A DNA stretch of 63,738 nt, counting the filler, from Sluysia triapertura (lineage: Eukaryota): NCBI GenBank assembly GCA_046118255.1. It is 5 parts of 5 records of this genome, joined end to end, with 100 filler letters (N's around TTAATTAATTAA, not from the genome) between each part and the next. Parts side by side here need not be neighbours in the genome. Positions count along the whole stretch, not along the records: positions 11,801 to 23,695 come from JBJNIA010159711.1; positions 23,796 to 39,383 come from JBJNIA010224019.1; 3 more parts are not named here. One strand, 5' to 3'. Position 1 is the first letter of the stretch. Each line of letters begins with the position of its first letter. The notes below the pieces were generated by a model. That model was given only the letters and a program-made list of their open reading frames with translations. It was not told the DNA's origin and ran no database searches. The translations under genes were made by a program, and so were the position numbers. Positions 17,667 through 30,330 of this stretch are shown piece by piece.

Positions 17667-18928
17667 AATATACTTAAATCAATAACTAAAATTGTGTAAT
17701 TTTTGAAGTAATAACCTTGAAAACAAAAAACCAAAATAGTTTGAAAAATTAATTACATAAATTCTCAAAGCGTTCTTAAAAATCAATGTATTCTTCCTTT
17801 ATAAAATAAAATGAAAAATAAAATAAATATTTATTCAAATATATTTTGTAAATACACATATATATAATATTATATTATATATATAATAGTATATATACAT
17901 ATATAATTTTTTTAATGTTTAATAATACTTATTCAAAAATAAAAATTGATTAATTTATGAAAATAATGTTAAAAATATCTAAGTCAGGTGGTTTATTTTT
18001 TTCTTAAAATTATTTTTATTTAATAAAAGCAATTTAAACAATTAAATGCCTGTGTAAAATCAGACAGTATGAAACATGAAATCATTAATAATTGAATTTT
18101 AAGTTAAATAAATATTAGGCAATATTTAATAACTTCTAATAAACTAACAGGGAAATTTCCTAGAAATGACTAACGTTAATTTTCCTCTAAATATGTCAAT
18201 TAAAAAATGATCTCCAAGAATTATTTTTATAAGTAATAATCTAAACTAAAAAATAAAAAATTTTGATATACATAATATACACTTTAAAAATAAAATGATA
18301 CAAAATCTTGAAAATGTCTATGATTAATTGTGATGTAATATTTTTAAGTATTTCCTTTTATAATTTCTCGTTATCCGATCGTTGCAGTTTTTCTTAAAAT
18401 TAACATAAGGCAAAATAAAATTGAGCAGGATTCGGTTACATTAAACGTCTTATGTCGCAAATTGACGTTCCTGTAACTATAATTCAGCAATTCTTAACAT
18501 ATCATTTATCTTAATTTCAGTATCACTTCGAATTACTCATAAAAATCTTCTCTTTAGTATGTAAGTATACTCTAATTTACTGTAAGAAGGTGTCAAAGTA
18601 ATTGCTCATTTTGTTCATTATGATTTTAAATACTTTTAATGTAATTCGTTCTTGTTTACATTCTTTCTGGTACACTTTATCAATCTATTTATTCTTTAAT
18701 GAAAATAAAAATTGAACAAATGATTATATTTACAATTACATTTACTATTACTATTAGGAAGTAAAACAGATTAAGGGATAAAACAATGATTTAGTATTAG
18801 AATTAATGTATAAATATAAATTTAATTCGATTTTACTCCTTAATATATCGGGAATTGAATATATATATTTTTATAAATAATTTTGAGTCGATTTTAAGAT
18901 GCTAATTTCTAAAATTTTATTACCATAC

Positions 18929-19062
18929 TGTTGGGGTAAAGGCTTAAAATTCCATTTGGAATAACTGACTATAATAATATTAAAATGTTAGACGGGGCTG
19001 ATAGCTCAGTGGGTAGAGCTCCTAGGTTCGATCCCGGTCAGTCAATTTTATGAAGTCTAACA
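18929..19062 (+). mobile_element. tRNA-carrying TGT...ACA element, copy 1 (anticodon arm deleted), 4-bp TSD ATAC
   Basis: TGTTGGGG start; internal TGTTAGAC; A box TAGCTCAGTGG; B box GGTTCGATCC; TTTT; ends GTCTAACA; ATAC at 18925-18928 and 19063-19066. Confidence 0.8.
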
Positions 19063-19085
19063 ATACAACAAATAAAACATGATTA

Positions 19086-19243
19086 TGTTAAACTTCATAA
19101 AATGGACTGACCGGGGATCGAACCTGGGAGCTCTCACTGCTCATTTCGATGCTCTACCACTGAGCTATCAGCCTCGTCTAACGGTTTTATTTTATTATTG
19201 TGAATTTTACCAAATGGCATCTTAGGCCTTTTTACCCCCAACA
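19086..19243 (-). mobile_element. tRNA-carrying TGT...ACA element, copy 2 (most complete cloverleaf)
   Basis: Minus strand: TGTTGGGGG...GTTAGACG AGGCTGA TA GCTC AGTGGTA GAGC...CCAGG TTCGATC CCCGG TCAGTCC ATTTT ATGAAGTTTAACA. Acceptor, D and T arms mostly pair; anticodon arm does not. No TSD. Confidence 0.8.
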
Positions 19244-20311
19244 ACTCCAATCCAAGCGGCTTTGCTAAAAGGATAATATCGCTATCGGTGTTGGAATATC
19301 TGTAGTAAAACTGGTTAGCGAATTATGATATTAAAAAATGTTGATAAATTAAAGTAAGATGGCGACTGAAGAAGTATTGCTTTAAAAACAGCTAAAAATT
19401 AAAATTTCTGACAATAAAATTGATGTTAGTTTATATCCCAGTCATCAGAAATTAGGAATCGATGTGTTGTTTGTGTAACTCAAATCATATTGTTAAAATC
19501 AAATATATATTATGTGTACAATTAAATATGTATATGATTATTTATGTTTATAGGCATTAAACTAAAATCAATAAAAAGTCAATCAATATTTTAGAAGTTA
19601 TTATAAATTTGTCTAATTTAATTAAATAACGTATTTGGAGTTGTCTAAAATTAGATTTATTTAAAATTAGGTAAGATATTATTTTAAATTTTAATAATTT
19701 TAATTTTATTACATTAAATTTTAATAATTTCTGGTTACATTTTAATATTTTTAAATTTATATTTTTTTTGTAAAGGGGTACATCCATTTTTATATATGCT
19801 TTAATTTATATTGTTTTAATGACCACAAGGTCATTCATTCTATTTTTATATAAATAGACAATCATTTTGTCATAATGTCACACAAAAAAACGACAAGTCA
19901 ATTTTTGTAAGCATCTTTGCTGATTTTAAGAAAAAAGGGAACACTTTCATAGCCATTCTAATTTCAAGAATTCAGCCTTGTCTTTACAAACCTTATCGTT
20001 AGTTTTTTATCATTAATTATATTTACAGTATTTACAACTGTGTATTTAAAATCTACGCAAAATCCGAATATCACCTTGCTACTGTTTTCAAAGTAGCGTA
20101 TTAAAATCAAATATTTTTAAATCTATTACTTAAAGGATTATCTAAAAAGGATAATCCTACCAAGTTGATATTGTAATTATTTTTTTTATTATTTTATTTT
20201 TATTTATAAACATTTGAATAGAATTTTGTTTGTTAATAAAATATTTTATATCATTTGTTAAAATCTTGATAACATTACAGATTAAAATCCACTAAAATTA
20301 CTTTTTATGGA

Positions 20312-20445
20312 AGGTTCGATTGAGAACCTAATTAAAATCTCTATAATCAATAAAGGTTCGTTTTAGGAACCTTATTAGAATCATTAAATTAAAGGTTCAG
20401 TTTAAGAACCAAATCAAATTCTTAACAGGTTCAAAGTAAGAACCT
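20312..20445. repeat. Array of four palindromes (A)GGTTC-N6/7-GAACC(T)
   Basis: GGTTC at 20313, 20355, 20394 and 20428, each followed by GAACC after 6, 7, 7 and 7 nt; spacers differ. Confidence 0.85.
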
Positions 20446-20549
20446 TATCAAAATACAATTAAAGTGAATTTTGTAAGGAAATTTAACATTGGAGCAACTT
20501 TACTTAAAGTAGTATATTAATTAACACCTCCATTTACTTTAAATTTTTT

Positions 20550-20630
20550 GACAAAAATCCAACGGCTGGCCCTAACCGGTAAGCCCAGTATGTTGGTGAA
20601 CTCATGTTAATCATGATTTATTTATTCTGA
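20550..20630 (+). repeat. Dispersed direct repeat, copy A (partner at 23430-23500)
   Basis: AAAATCCAACGGCTGGCCCTAACCGGTAAG versus AAAATCCAACGGCTAGCTCTAACCGGTAAG, with weaker similarity either side. Confidence 0.75.
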
Positions 20631-20648
20631 CACACACACACTTTTCTT

Positions 20649-20688
<40 letters not shown>

Positions 20689-20720
20689 TTATTTATTTAT
20701 TTATATTTATATTTTATTTA
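20630..20720. repeat. Compound microsatellite (CA)n/(AT)n/(ATTT)n
   Basis: Directly visible. Confidence 0.9.
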
Positions 20721-23429
20721 TATTTTAGTGAAGAAATAAACTTCAGTATTTCTTTTATTTATTTGAGAATTTTTTAAAAGAAAGTAAATTAAAAGATATA
20801 TATGAAAGTTATTATCTTTATTATACAATTTATATAAGAATTCAATGTTAAGCTCGTTTGCCTGAGAAGCTTCATTAAATAAGATTTCCAGAGGAATATT
20901 TAAAGAAATTAACGATATTAAGAAAAGTTGAATATAACCAAAAGTTGTATATTTTCCGTACATAAGAATAGAAGAATGTAGGAAATACATTTACAGTGGG
21001 AAAGCATTGAGTTTAGACTCATGGATGCTAGAATTAGTCTTGATATAAATCCTAAAGGTCTGTAGCGAGCCATAAGTTTAAGATTATTTTGAGTAGATTT
21101 GTGAACGGAAAACATTTGCACAAGCAATAGTTTTTATAAACAAAGTTGTAATAAAACAAAATAACAACTGATCTTACAAATGTAATGTATAAAAGAAAAA
21201 TGAGTTATGCAATATTGTAAATTAAAGTGGCAAGTGAATATGTTTTGAAATTGAACTGAATCCTATTTGATGGCCTAGTGATGTAGCTGCCGAATATGAA
21301 ATATTATTAAGCCGAGTGGGTTTTATATAACTTGAAAGTCACTTCTTTTAATTAATACTTTCATAAGGAGTCGATATTACATATGAGAAATTTTGTAAAC
21401 CTCTTTCACATAGTACATTCATGAAAACGTTCTTGATGTAACTAAAAATCACTTTTCAGAGTGTAAAAACAAAGTCTCGTCTGTACGTAAATGTACATCG
21501 CAAGTGAATCTTTTTGTTATCATTTTTGTATTAAATGTTTTGAACATCAGCTGTGATTTATTTCAATATCAATTCTTCATAAAAATCAGGAAGAGTTTAT
21601 TTCTATTGACATCCAGGTCTTAAATCTCATTAAGCTTGATGTTTTTATATTATTTTTTATTTTCCGTATATCTGTAGGTAATATGCGGTGCGTACTTATA
21701 AATTTAACATCAATGGGTTTAGAACTACCCAAAAAAATAATACGAGTTGATCTATTATAATATACATATTCTATTTTATAATAAAATTGTAAAATGCACG
21801 ATGATCATAAAATTTAGAAAACTTACTAAAAGTTTATCAACATACAAATCTTTTATTGTGCAATTACTGGTAAAAGTAATTATTTGCTATACTTGGATAA
21901 GGAAGTAAGGATGATCGTCGCTTCATTGGTGCAGAATGAGTGACAGCCTTGAACAGGATCATGAAAATATGATTTGCTGACTGATTGACATTTGAAGAAT
22001 CTGACAATTGTATAGATTATAAAGTTTTGGTGATATTTTATATGCAATAAATTTCCTGAATTGGATTTAGATTTTTCCATAAACTGCACTAAACTTTATC
22101 ATTGTCAAGAATGTTTGCAGGTTTATTTCGAGTTCTATTTAAAGTATTGTAATTACTAGAATTTGGAGATTCAGTTGAGATACTAGATTTAATAATAATT
22201 ATAGTGCTTTCAGGTAATTGTTTGGTATTTTGTACAAATTTTGAATGAGCGTTTGACGATTTGGGTAACGTGATACTACTTCTATTTGATGAGGAAAAAA
22301 TTTGTGCTTCCTCAAAATTGTTTTGTTCTCTTTGCATAGTACATGAATGTCAAATAATTTTAGGACTAGAATTATCAATATTAGATCCACTTGAAAGATA
22401 ATGTGGTTTAACAATTATATTAGTTTGTTTTTGAATAAAATGATGATGAATATTTTATATTTTACTCTTAGATTGTGGAGATTTATCTTCTGATGATTTA
22501 CGATTAATAATTGATGTATGAAAATCGAATACTTCGAAAATAGGGTTTAGTTGGTTAAAACTCTTTCTAATAATTTTTCCATATCAGCATGATTGAGTGC
22601 CTGACTTAGAGGTTATTAAGTACTCTTGTGTTGTAAACTGTATAATTATTGATTTTTTATACATGTATTAAACATAGTTTATGAATTATTGATTATTTTA
22701 TAAAATTATTTTGGAATTTTTCATTTGTAACGAAAGTAATTATTTTATTTTGAACTTTTAATTTAATAAACATTAAATTATTTTAATTTCTCGAAATATT
22801 TTGAGAATTTTAAAAATTGTTAATTGTTTTAATAAATAATTTAAAATTGAAGTCAAGGTCGATTCCAAAATTAGTATAAAAACCACTACTAAATTCTAAT
22901 AACACACAATTTTTTCTTCAAAAAATTAATCTTGGTGTTTTAGTTCAAACAGTACCAATTGGCAATTCTTGGAAATGATTTTTTCTTTTACATATAACAT
23001 TTATATCTGATAACTGGTTAGTTTATTTTTGTTAGGAAAGTACAACGCAAAATCAACTTAAAATTTATTAATATACATATTCACAGAAATATATAGCAGT
23101 TCTATCGTAAAATACGTTTTTACAATTTACTTTGAGTTTGATTAACATTTGGTTAATATTATAGTTGTAAAATTTCTTTTTGTGTTAATGTATATATTCG
23201 AGCCTAAAATTATTATTACTTGAGTTATTGATTTAGTTTCAAATTATTAAAATTGATTTTGAATTTAAGTTATTTGAAATTTATCGGAATGTAATTTTTT
23301 AATTTACAAATTCTTTTAAAGGATTTCTCGCAAAATCTACAAAAATAATTTAATAGCACCTTTTTAAGATTATTGATTTAATTATCTAAGCTATAAGTTT
23401 AGCATTTGACCTCCTACATTTAATTGCTT

Positions 23430-23500
23430 CTAAAATCCAACGGCTAGCTCTAACCGGTAAGTTTGCTGAATTCACCATAATCATTCTTTTATTCGTGATT
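23430..23500 (+). repeat. Dispersed direct repeat, copy B
   Basis: Matches 20550-20630 over a 30-nt core with 2 mismatches. Confidence 0.75.
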
Positions 23501-23695
23501 TAAGAAAATAAACATAGCTGTATTTATAGTGTAAGTAAATAAAACTTTATTAAAAACTTTATTAATTTAAAAATAATTTAAAAACAATTTCATTTCAAAT
23601 TTAAAATAATTTTATTTTATTTCCAATTTAAATTAACAATAATAATAATAAGAAAAAATAATAAAAATTTAATAAATAATTATCAAGGAAAAAAT

Positions 23696-23795
23696 NNNNN
23701 NNNNNNNNNNNNNNNNNNNNNNNNNNNNNNNNNNNNNNNTTAATTAATTAANNNNNNNNNNNNNNNNNNNNNNNNNNNNNNNNNNNNNNNNNNNN
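23696..23795. other. Artificial contig spacer
   Basis: N44-TTAATTAATTAA-N44. Confidence 0.97.
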
Positions 23796-23860
23796 TTATA
23801 TGAGATCTTCTTCCAACTTGGAGAATTAGTCTTGCTGCTTGATTAATTATTAATTGTAAT
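23796..23860 (-). mobile_element. CR1/L2-type LINE fragment truncated by the gap
   Basis: QLIINQAARLILQVGRRSHI; DNA nearly identical to 36225-36262. Confidence 0.6.
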
Positions 23861-26800
23861 TTTTTCACTTTTAAACGAAAAACTAAATTAATAGTGAAAT
23901 TTAAGTGACCATAACATAAATATTAAGAAAAACATTTGATTAAATTTCGAATAAATTCCTTTTTTTAAAACAAAAACTTTATACTTCCTAGTAATCGATG
24001 AAAATATGGTTTATCAATATTTTTAATACAATTTCTTATTCTACATTTTGCCGTTTTTGTTGTATTAATATTTTACCACTAAAAGAAAAAGAACAGTATA
24101 ATTTAATTCAAAGAAAATTATACTCGAGATATTATTATTAAGTAAGATATTAGTAAGTTTTTGGTGATGGTAAACAATGCCCATGATAATAATAATAAAA
24201 TAAAGAAGATATGAAAGAGAATTTTGATAAAGAATTAATGAATTTGAGGGTGTTAACAGAAATTCCATTTAGTTTATTGTTATTTTGAAATTTAAATTAA
24301 AAATTTAATGATTTTTGATGTGGTGAATGGTTTAGATGTTGTAAAAGTATGATTTTTAGTGTAGTGTGATGTATTGAAATTTTGTGTGCAGAAGTTGGCC
24401 ACCACAATAATAATAATAATGCAGTTCTTAATTGTTTTCTGTTTATAACATTTCCTTTAAATATTATTTGAATTTTTAATTAAGGATTATGTTAAAACAT
24501 TCCAACAATAATCTTAATAATAATTTATTTAATTTATGTTATTTTTATGTAATTAGTTGTTTTTATATTAAACTTTTTAAAAAATTTAATCAATTTAAAT
24601 TTTGGTCAATAAAAACAATGTTTTTCAAAATTTTACATATTTTGTAGAATTTCAAAATAATTTTGAAAGTTTTGTAAACAAAGATTTTCGATAGAATCTT
24701 GTGATAGTGTATTTAAATGTATCTTTATTAATTAAATGATTGATATACTCATTGAATAATCAAAAATTCGTTGATTGTGCTGCCAAGTTTTGTAGAATTT
24801 CAACCCATGGAAGTAATCTAATAAAATACACATATCTAAACATATTGTATTTATGTTTATTGAAAGATTTTGAATTTTACGAGAATCACTTTTATAATTT
24901 TGAATAAAAATTATTTCATTACACAAATCATTATACCTACAATCCTTACAAGTAGGTAAAGAATAAATTGACCATAATTTTCTTAGAAAACAAATTGATT
25001 CAGATCATGCGAAGGTTTTCGTTGTGTGTTACCTGATGAGTCTCAGTTCTGCCGAAATAATGATAACAAATTTAAAATTGTTGTTGCCAAAGTTTCTGTA
25101 CTAAAGTTGTACTTCTCATGTCTCTCTCAAATTCGATGAAGATGCAGCGTAACGACATGTCCCACATGTCTAAATATAACATGTCTGGAGATTTTGGAGG
25201 TAAGGAATTAACGTTAAAACTTGTCTATATTTCCATTAACAATCTTTATTTTCATGTTATTTATTTTAGACGGTTTATTCTTCTCATCAATAACAATGGA
25301 TCATGGAACGAAGAGGCGTGCAATCCTTTAACAATACCATTATTAATGTTTTACAACTTACGAGTTTTGTGTAAATTAATATATTCCAATTTTAGGTCTT
25401 TTAGTTGTTATCACTTCTATAAAAGTTTTCAATCAAATAACTATGAAAGTCTAAAGATAGTAGGAACGAGCAAAGAAATAACAAAAAAGGATAACAAATT
25501 TTATAAAAGGCCAAATTGTCATATGATTATCCAAAAAACCAAATTTATCACTGTTGTACAAGAACGTAAATACAAAAAGTATAAATTTTCGATTAAATTT
25601 TCACAATATGAAACACTTTGTATTGATGATCACATGATCACTCGAGATAAACCCATACTAACTAAAGATGTAAGTAACTTAATACTCTCATGGCGTAACG
25701 TCAGAGCATTCCAACCATTAAATTTTATTGATAGCGATGACGAGTCCAATATCTTTCAGCACATTCGGCTGTTTTTGACAATAAGTCCTCAATGACCTTC
25801 GTAAAGATATCCGAGCTTATCAACAGACGAACAGATATACTAAGCCCCATACTAGTATCGTAGGCGAAACTCAAAATTCAACTCATTTATTGGTAGGTAT
25901 AAGTCTGTCAAATTCTTATCTATATTTTACGAGTTTTGATTGTTCAGCTTATGTTTAATTATTAATTGTTATAGGTTATAAAAATGTAAACAGAACTTTT
26001 AGTCGAACGCACATTATAAGAAATAATAGCTTAAAACTGTTTACTTTTCATTATCAAAGTGCAATTTTCATCAATGAAGTTTGTTTCCCGAGATACAACA
26101 CTATTAATTTTAATGATATTTTGATTGTGTATTTTTAAAGTTTGTGTGCATATATTATAGATTTTAATATTGTGTTTTGAATAATAATTTTTCATGGCAT
26201 GTAAATAAAAATACTTCGTATATTCTAGACATGAAAAGTATTAATATACTGTGTTTTTATTTGGGAGGAAAATTACAAAGAGAATATAATTTGTTTCCAG
26301 TTGTATCTATTTTCACACTTTCGTATGCTTTGTTTTCAGTTATAAATAAACAATATTGCATAATTTTTTATCTGATATTCCATTAATAATTTCATTTTTT
26401 TAATTTTGCTTTGTATAATTGGTTGCTTTAATTTAGCTTGATTCCAAAAATAATTTACGAATCACAAATGTTGTAACTTTATGTTACTGTGATGTTATTC
26501 TTCCTGAACCCAGAGATAAACAAAATCAATACCAAATTACAAAATCAAATACAAAGAATTAATTTAATTTTATTAATTCTTAATCAGAAAAGGATAAGAA
26601 AGAGTAACATCACTAAATATCATTAATAAATATCATTAATACGACAAAGCGCTGATAAAACTGAAGTTATAGCGTGTGACACTCAATGTTAATGATGATG
26701 ATTGTGATAATTTAAGGGTATCGAGGTTAACACAGTTAGGTTTTAATCTAAATAATCAGAAAAGTGACTCTAACTTGCATAAACATAAATACAAGACTTT

Positions 26801-27747
26801 GTGTTGTCTCAAACTATTCTTTAAAAAACAATCATCCAATCTTAATACACCAAAATAGTAGAAAATATTTAGGATTTTGTTCCACATTAGGTCTTTTGAC
26901 CTTAATTCTGTCAGAGGATTCAAAAAGGAGAGGATAACGAATACATGGTTAATAAATCACGTAAATCGATCAATAATAAATGTCAATCTATAACAATAAT
27001 GCAGTTACTAATACTATTATTAAGAATAATAACAACCGTCCAATTATAATTTCCTCTTGTTATAAATAGAAATGAACCATGATAAGTCCCAAGCATTGGT
27101 TCAACTTTTATCATTTCATTTCTATTTAATTTTGAATGCAAATGAAATTAATTTTCATGGTTTTATTTTATATTGTTTTACTTTTAAGACAACACCTCGC
27201 AAAATTTTTTAAAACTACTAAATTATTCAAGTACCGATTCTTAGCGACCTAACACTCCCGATTAAAACCAAACTTTAGAATAATACATTAAATTACTTTA
27301 ATATATTATTCTAGAATTTTTTAATTTTTATTTAGTGGACTATTTGTAAGAACAGATTTTCAAGGGATAATTTCAGTGCATTGTGATAGGAAATTGTGTA
27401 TTACATTTAATGATATCTGCGAACTGGAAATTGATGACTGACTCCGAAATTTGAAATTAGAACTTTTTCTGAACATTGTGTTAGTTTTAGATTTTTGAAA
27501 CTGGGCTAAGAAGTATTTAAAATATAAATTACATTAAAGTTGAAGTTTTAAAAATAGCTGACATCAAGTTAAGACTTTCCTATGAATATGAGTTTACACT
27601 TAAATATTCTACAAATCCTACATATTTCATTATTTTACCCTGAATTTCCGTTGAGAATTTGTCGTCCTGATTTAGAAACAACTTTTCATGTTTCTTGGGT
27701 TCTAAAAATGAGCCCCTGATCTTCACATATTTTAAGAGCTATAAGCC

Positions 27748-27749
<2 letters not shown>

Positions 27750-27797
<48 letters not shown>
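27750..27797 (+). repeat. (AAT)n microsatellite
   Basis: Directly visible. Confidence 0.95.
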
Positions 27798-27800
<3 letters not shown>

Positions 27801-29849
27801 TATCATAATATTTGTTAAAAGACCTTATAGTTTACGCAATACCGCGCAAACTTTTCATAGACATACCGAACTTTACAATGTCTGCTTTTTGCGTGAGCAC
27901 ATATTTAATATCACGTAGGGAACATCTGGACAAAACTATTGACTTGCGGATAACAATTTAATAAAACCGAAGAAATGTCAACAATTTATTTGCCATGATT
28001 TGTGATAATCAACCGAAACACAACCAGTTGATTGTGACTCTACTTCCTGTAAAAACAATTCATCTTAAAATTAGATACCCGAGTTATTTAGTAGGTTCGT
28101 TCTACTTGTTTCTAATGTGGGCAAATTGTATTAGTTGAATATGATCAAAATATTGGGTCTCCATGTAATTAGTCAACCAGCACACTAAGGTTTATTTGTA
28201 TAATACAATAACTACAATTACAAAACTATAGTGTAAGAAGAGCATGTGAAATCATGTTTAATTATGTATTTAGAACATCTAATATTTAATAAGATCTCAA
28301 ATAAAAAATAAATAATAAAAGCAGGTAACATAGATGATACATTCAATCATTTGATGTTCATCGATGAGATCCTCGAATGCCTTATTTTGACACAGTATCC
28401 CAGTGATACTGATCTTAACAAAAAAGAAAATATATATGGAAATACACAATACAATAAAGAATCATTACTAACACAAAAAGGAAAATGAAAAAATGAAGTA
28501 AAAACTACAACAATCTTCTATTGTAAATAAGAAAGTTGATTTTTTTATTTTAGTTTATATTTAAGTAATAATAAAAGATTAATTATATTTCAGACTGGAA
28601 ATAAATCTTACCCGAAATTATCATCAATGTAAATAGTCCTTATTCGAAATTCAATGAATGTAAGTAGAGGGATTCGATGTTAATAGATAGTTTCAATGTT
28701 ATAGACAATCGATTCCTGATACTAATTTTCGTCAGACGTTCCAAATAAATATTGGTTCACAAATTCTATTATTTATTTTTTAAGTGTGTTCGTTGATATT
28801 TATACTGTTTTTTGATAATTCCAATCAAATTAATTTTAAAATAACACAAATCAATGTATTTTCGACTCATGATTAATTTCGATATAATTAATAGAACATG
28901 AAATTGTAAAAAATTATATTTCTGTAAGTTGGTTAATGTAAAATTTAAGACTTAAGATTAATAAATATAAATTTTAAATCGAAGGTGATATTGAAACTAA
29001 GGCCCAAATTAATAAAACCTGAGCATCAGCGTTGTGTATTGATAAAGTGTAACAGTACAGAATGCACAAAAATAAAGAACGGGAACGTAAAATGTGTGAA
29101 TATAAAGTACATGCACACTTATATAAACATGCTCAATTTTAAAAAATAGACTTTAACTACTCAAACTAACTTTGAACGGTTTGAAGACCGAATAATTTTA
29201 TTTGTAGAAAATTCATTTTCAATTGTTACACAACTAGAAATTTCTTCTATTTTATCTTAACTAAGCTATCATTACTTAAGAATGCGAATAATATGAACAT
29301 CTTTAACATCTTCGTACATTTCATTACAAAATAAGGCAACCTTTTCAAACTAAAAGTAGTACTTAAACAAAATACATAATATATAATTGTATATCATATA
29401 ACGCATAATTGTATCATATAATTGTACTAAAATAATAATAATTATCATTTATTGAACTTTGTTGTTTATTTTAAGATTTTAATTTCCAATGGAGCTCAAC
29501 TGTGTTAGACCAATATCATAGGGGGACTCACAAAACAAAAATTAAACTATAATTTATTAAAATCCAAAACAAGCACGTTTTCACACTTCATATACTTGAA
29601 AATTTCTTTTATACAGATAACTCAAAACTTTTTCAAATTCTTTTACTCACTCAGCTCTAAATTAATCAAATGACTCTATCTAATTCATTCTCTTTCTCAA
29701 TTAGACTCTCTCTTTATGGCTTTATTCTAAATAACTTTTACTTAATTTAATTTTGGAGATTAAGTTCAATACTGGTCACCGTTCTTAAAGGTGGAGGTGC
29801 TAATTTTTAAATCACAAGCTAAATCCCAAAACAGAAACGAAAGAAAGCT

Positions 29850-30330
29850 TTTGTATGAAAATTTTCGTGCAATAATTTTTAAATAAATTCTCTATAAAAA
29901 TTTAACAATATATTATAAAGTCTATAGTATATATTATTTGTTATTTTATTCATTCAGCTGAAGTATCTCTTTAAATCATTTTAGACTAACTTTCACTTTC
30001 ATTACCCTCATTCAAATGGGGTGGCAGGTATATAAAAATGAACATTTCCGGCATCTACTCCTTTTCTATTTCCGCTCCATGTCGAACCATCTTACTAGTC
30101 TCACATTTGAAAAATAAAAAATAACAAGATGGATTGAAGAATTTTCGACAAAAAATCACCAAGCTTCTTCAAACTGTCAGAGCGGTGGAAGTGATCGATT
30201 GTGACGGAAAATATCTCACCGACTGAGACTGAGATATTTGTTTTTTCTAATGATTTAATAAGTTCATTTTGTTTTCTGGAATTTTTTGCATTGTTTTTTT
30301 ACTTGGTGCACGAATTTTTTCAATAATAAA
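29850..30330 (+). mobile_element. Internally deleted mariner-like element
   Basis: Imperfect inverted termini AAAATTTTCGTGCA (~29858) and TGCACGAATTTTT (~30308); C-terminal remnant ERW..VIDCDGKY near 30180-30215. Confidence 0.5.

Noticed and set aside
18990-19180. Functional tRNA genes
   Set aside because: The anticodon arm is deleted or unpaired and differs among all four copies; they sit within a repeated element.
19557-19787. AT-rich short ORFs (also 11039, 24065, 26177, 47727, 48077, 52443)
   Set aside because: F/I/L/N/K/Y-rich translations expected by chance at this AT content.
20312-20445. CRISPR array
   Set aside because: Eukaryotic context, no cas genes, only 5-6-bp arms conserved, irregular short spacers.
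21880-22089. Tyrosine recombinase (KSKS, DPV motifs)
   Set aside because: No HxxR or catalytic Tyr context; continuous with low-complexity sequence.
25033-25060. Hammerhead-like CTGATGAG...CGAAA
   Set aside because: No convincing stems I, II or III.
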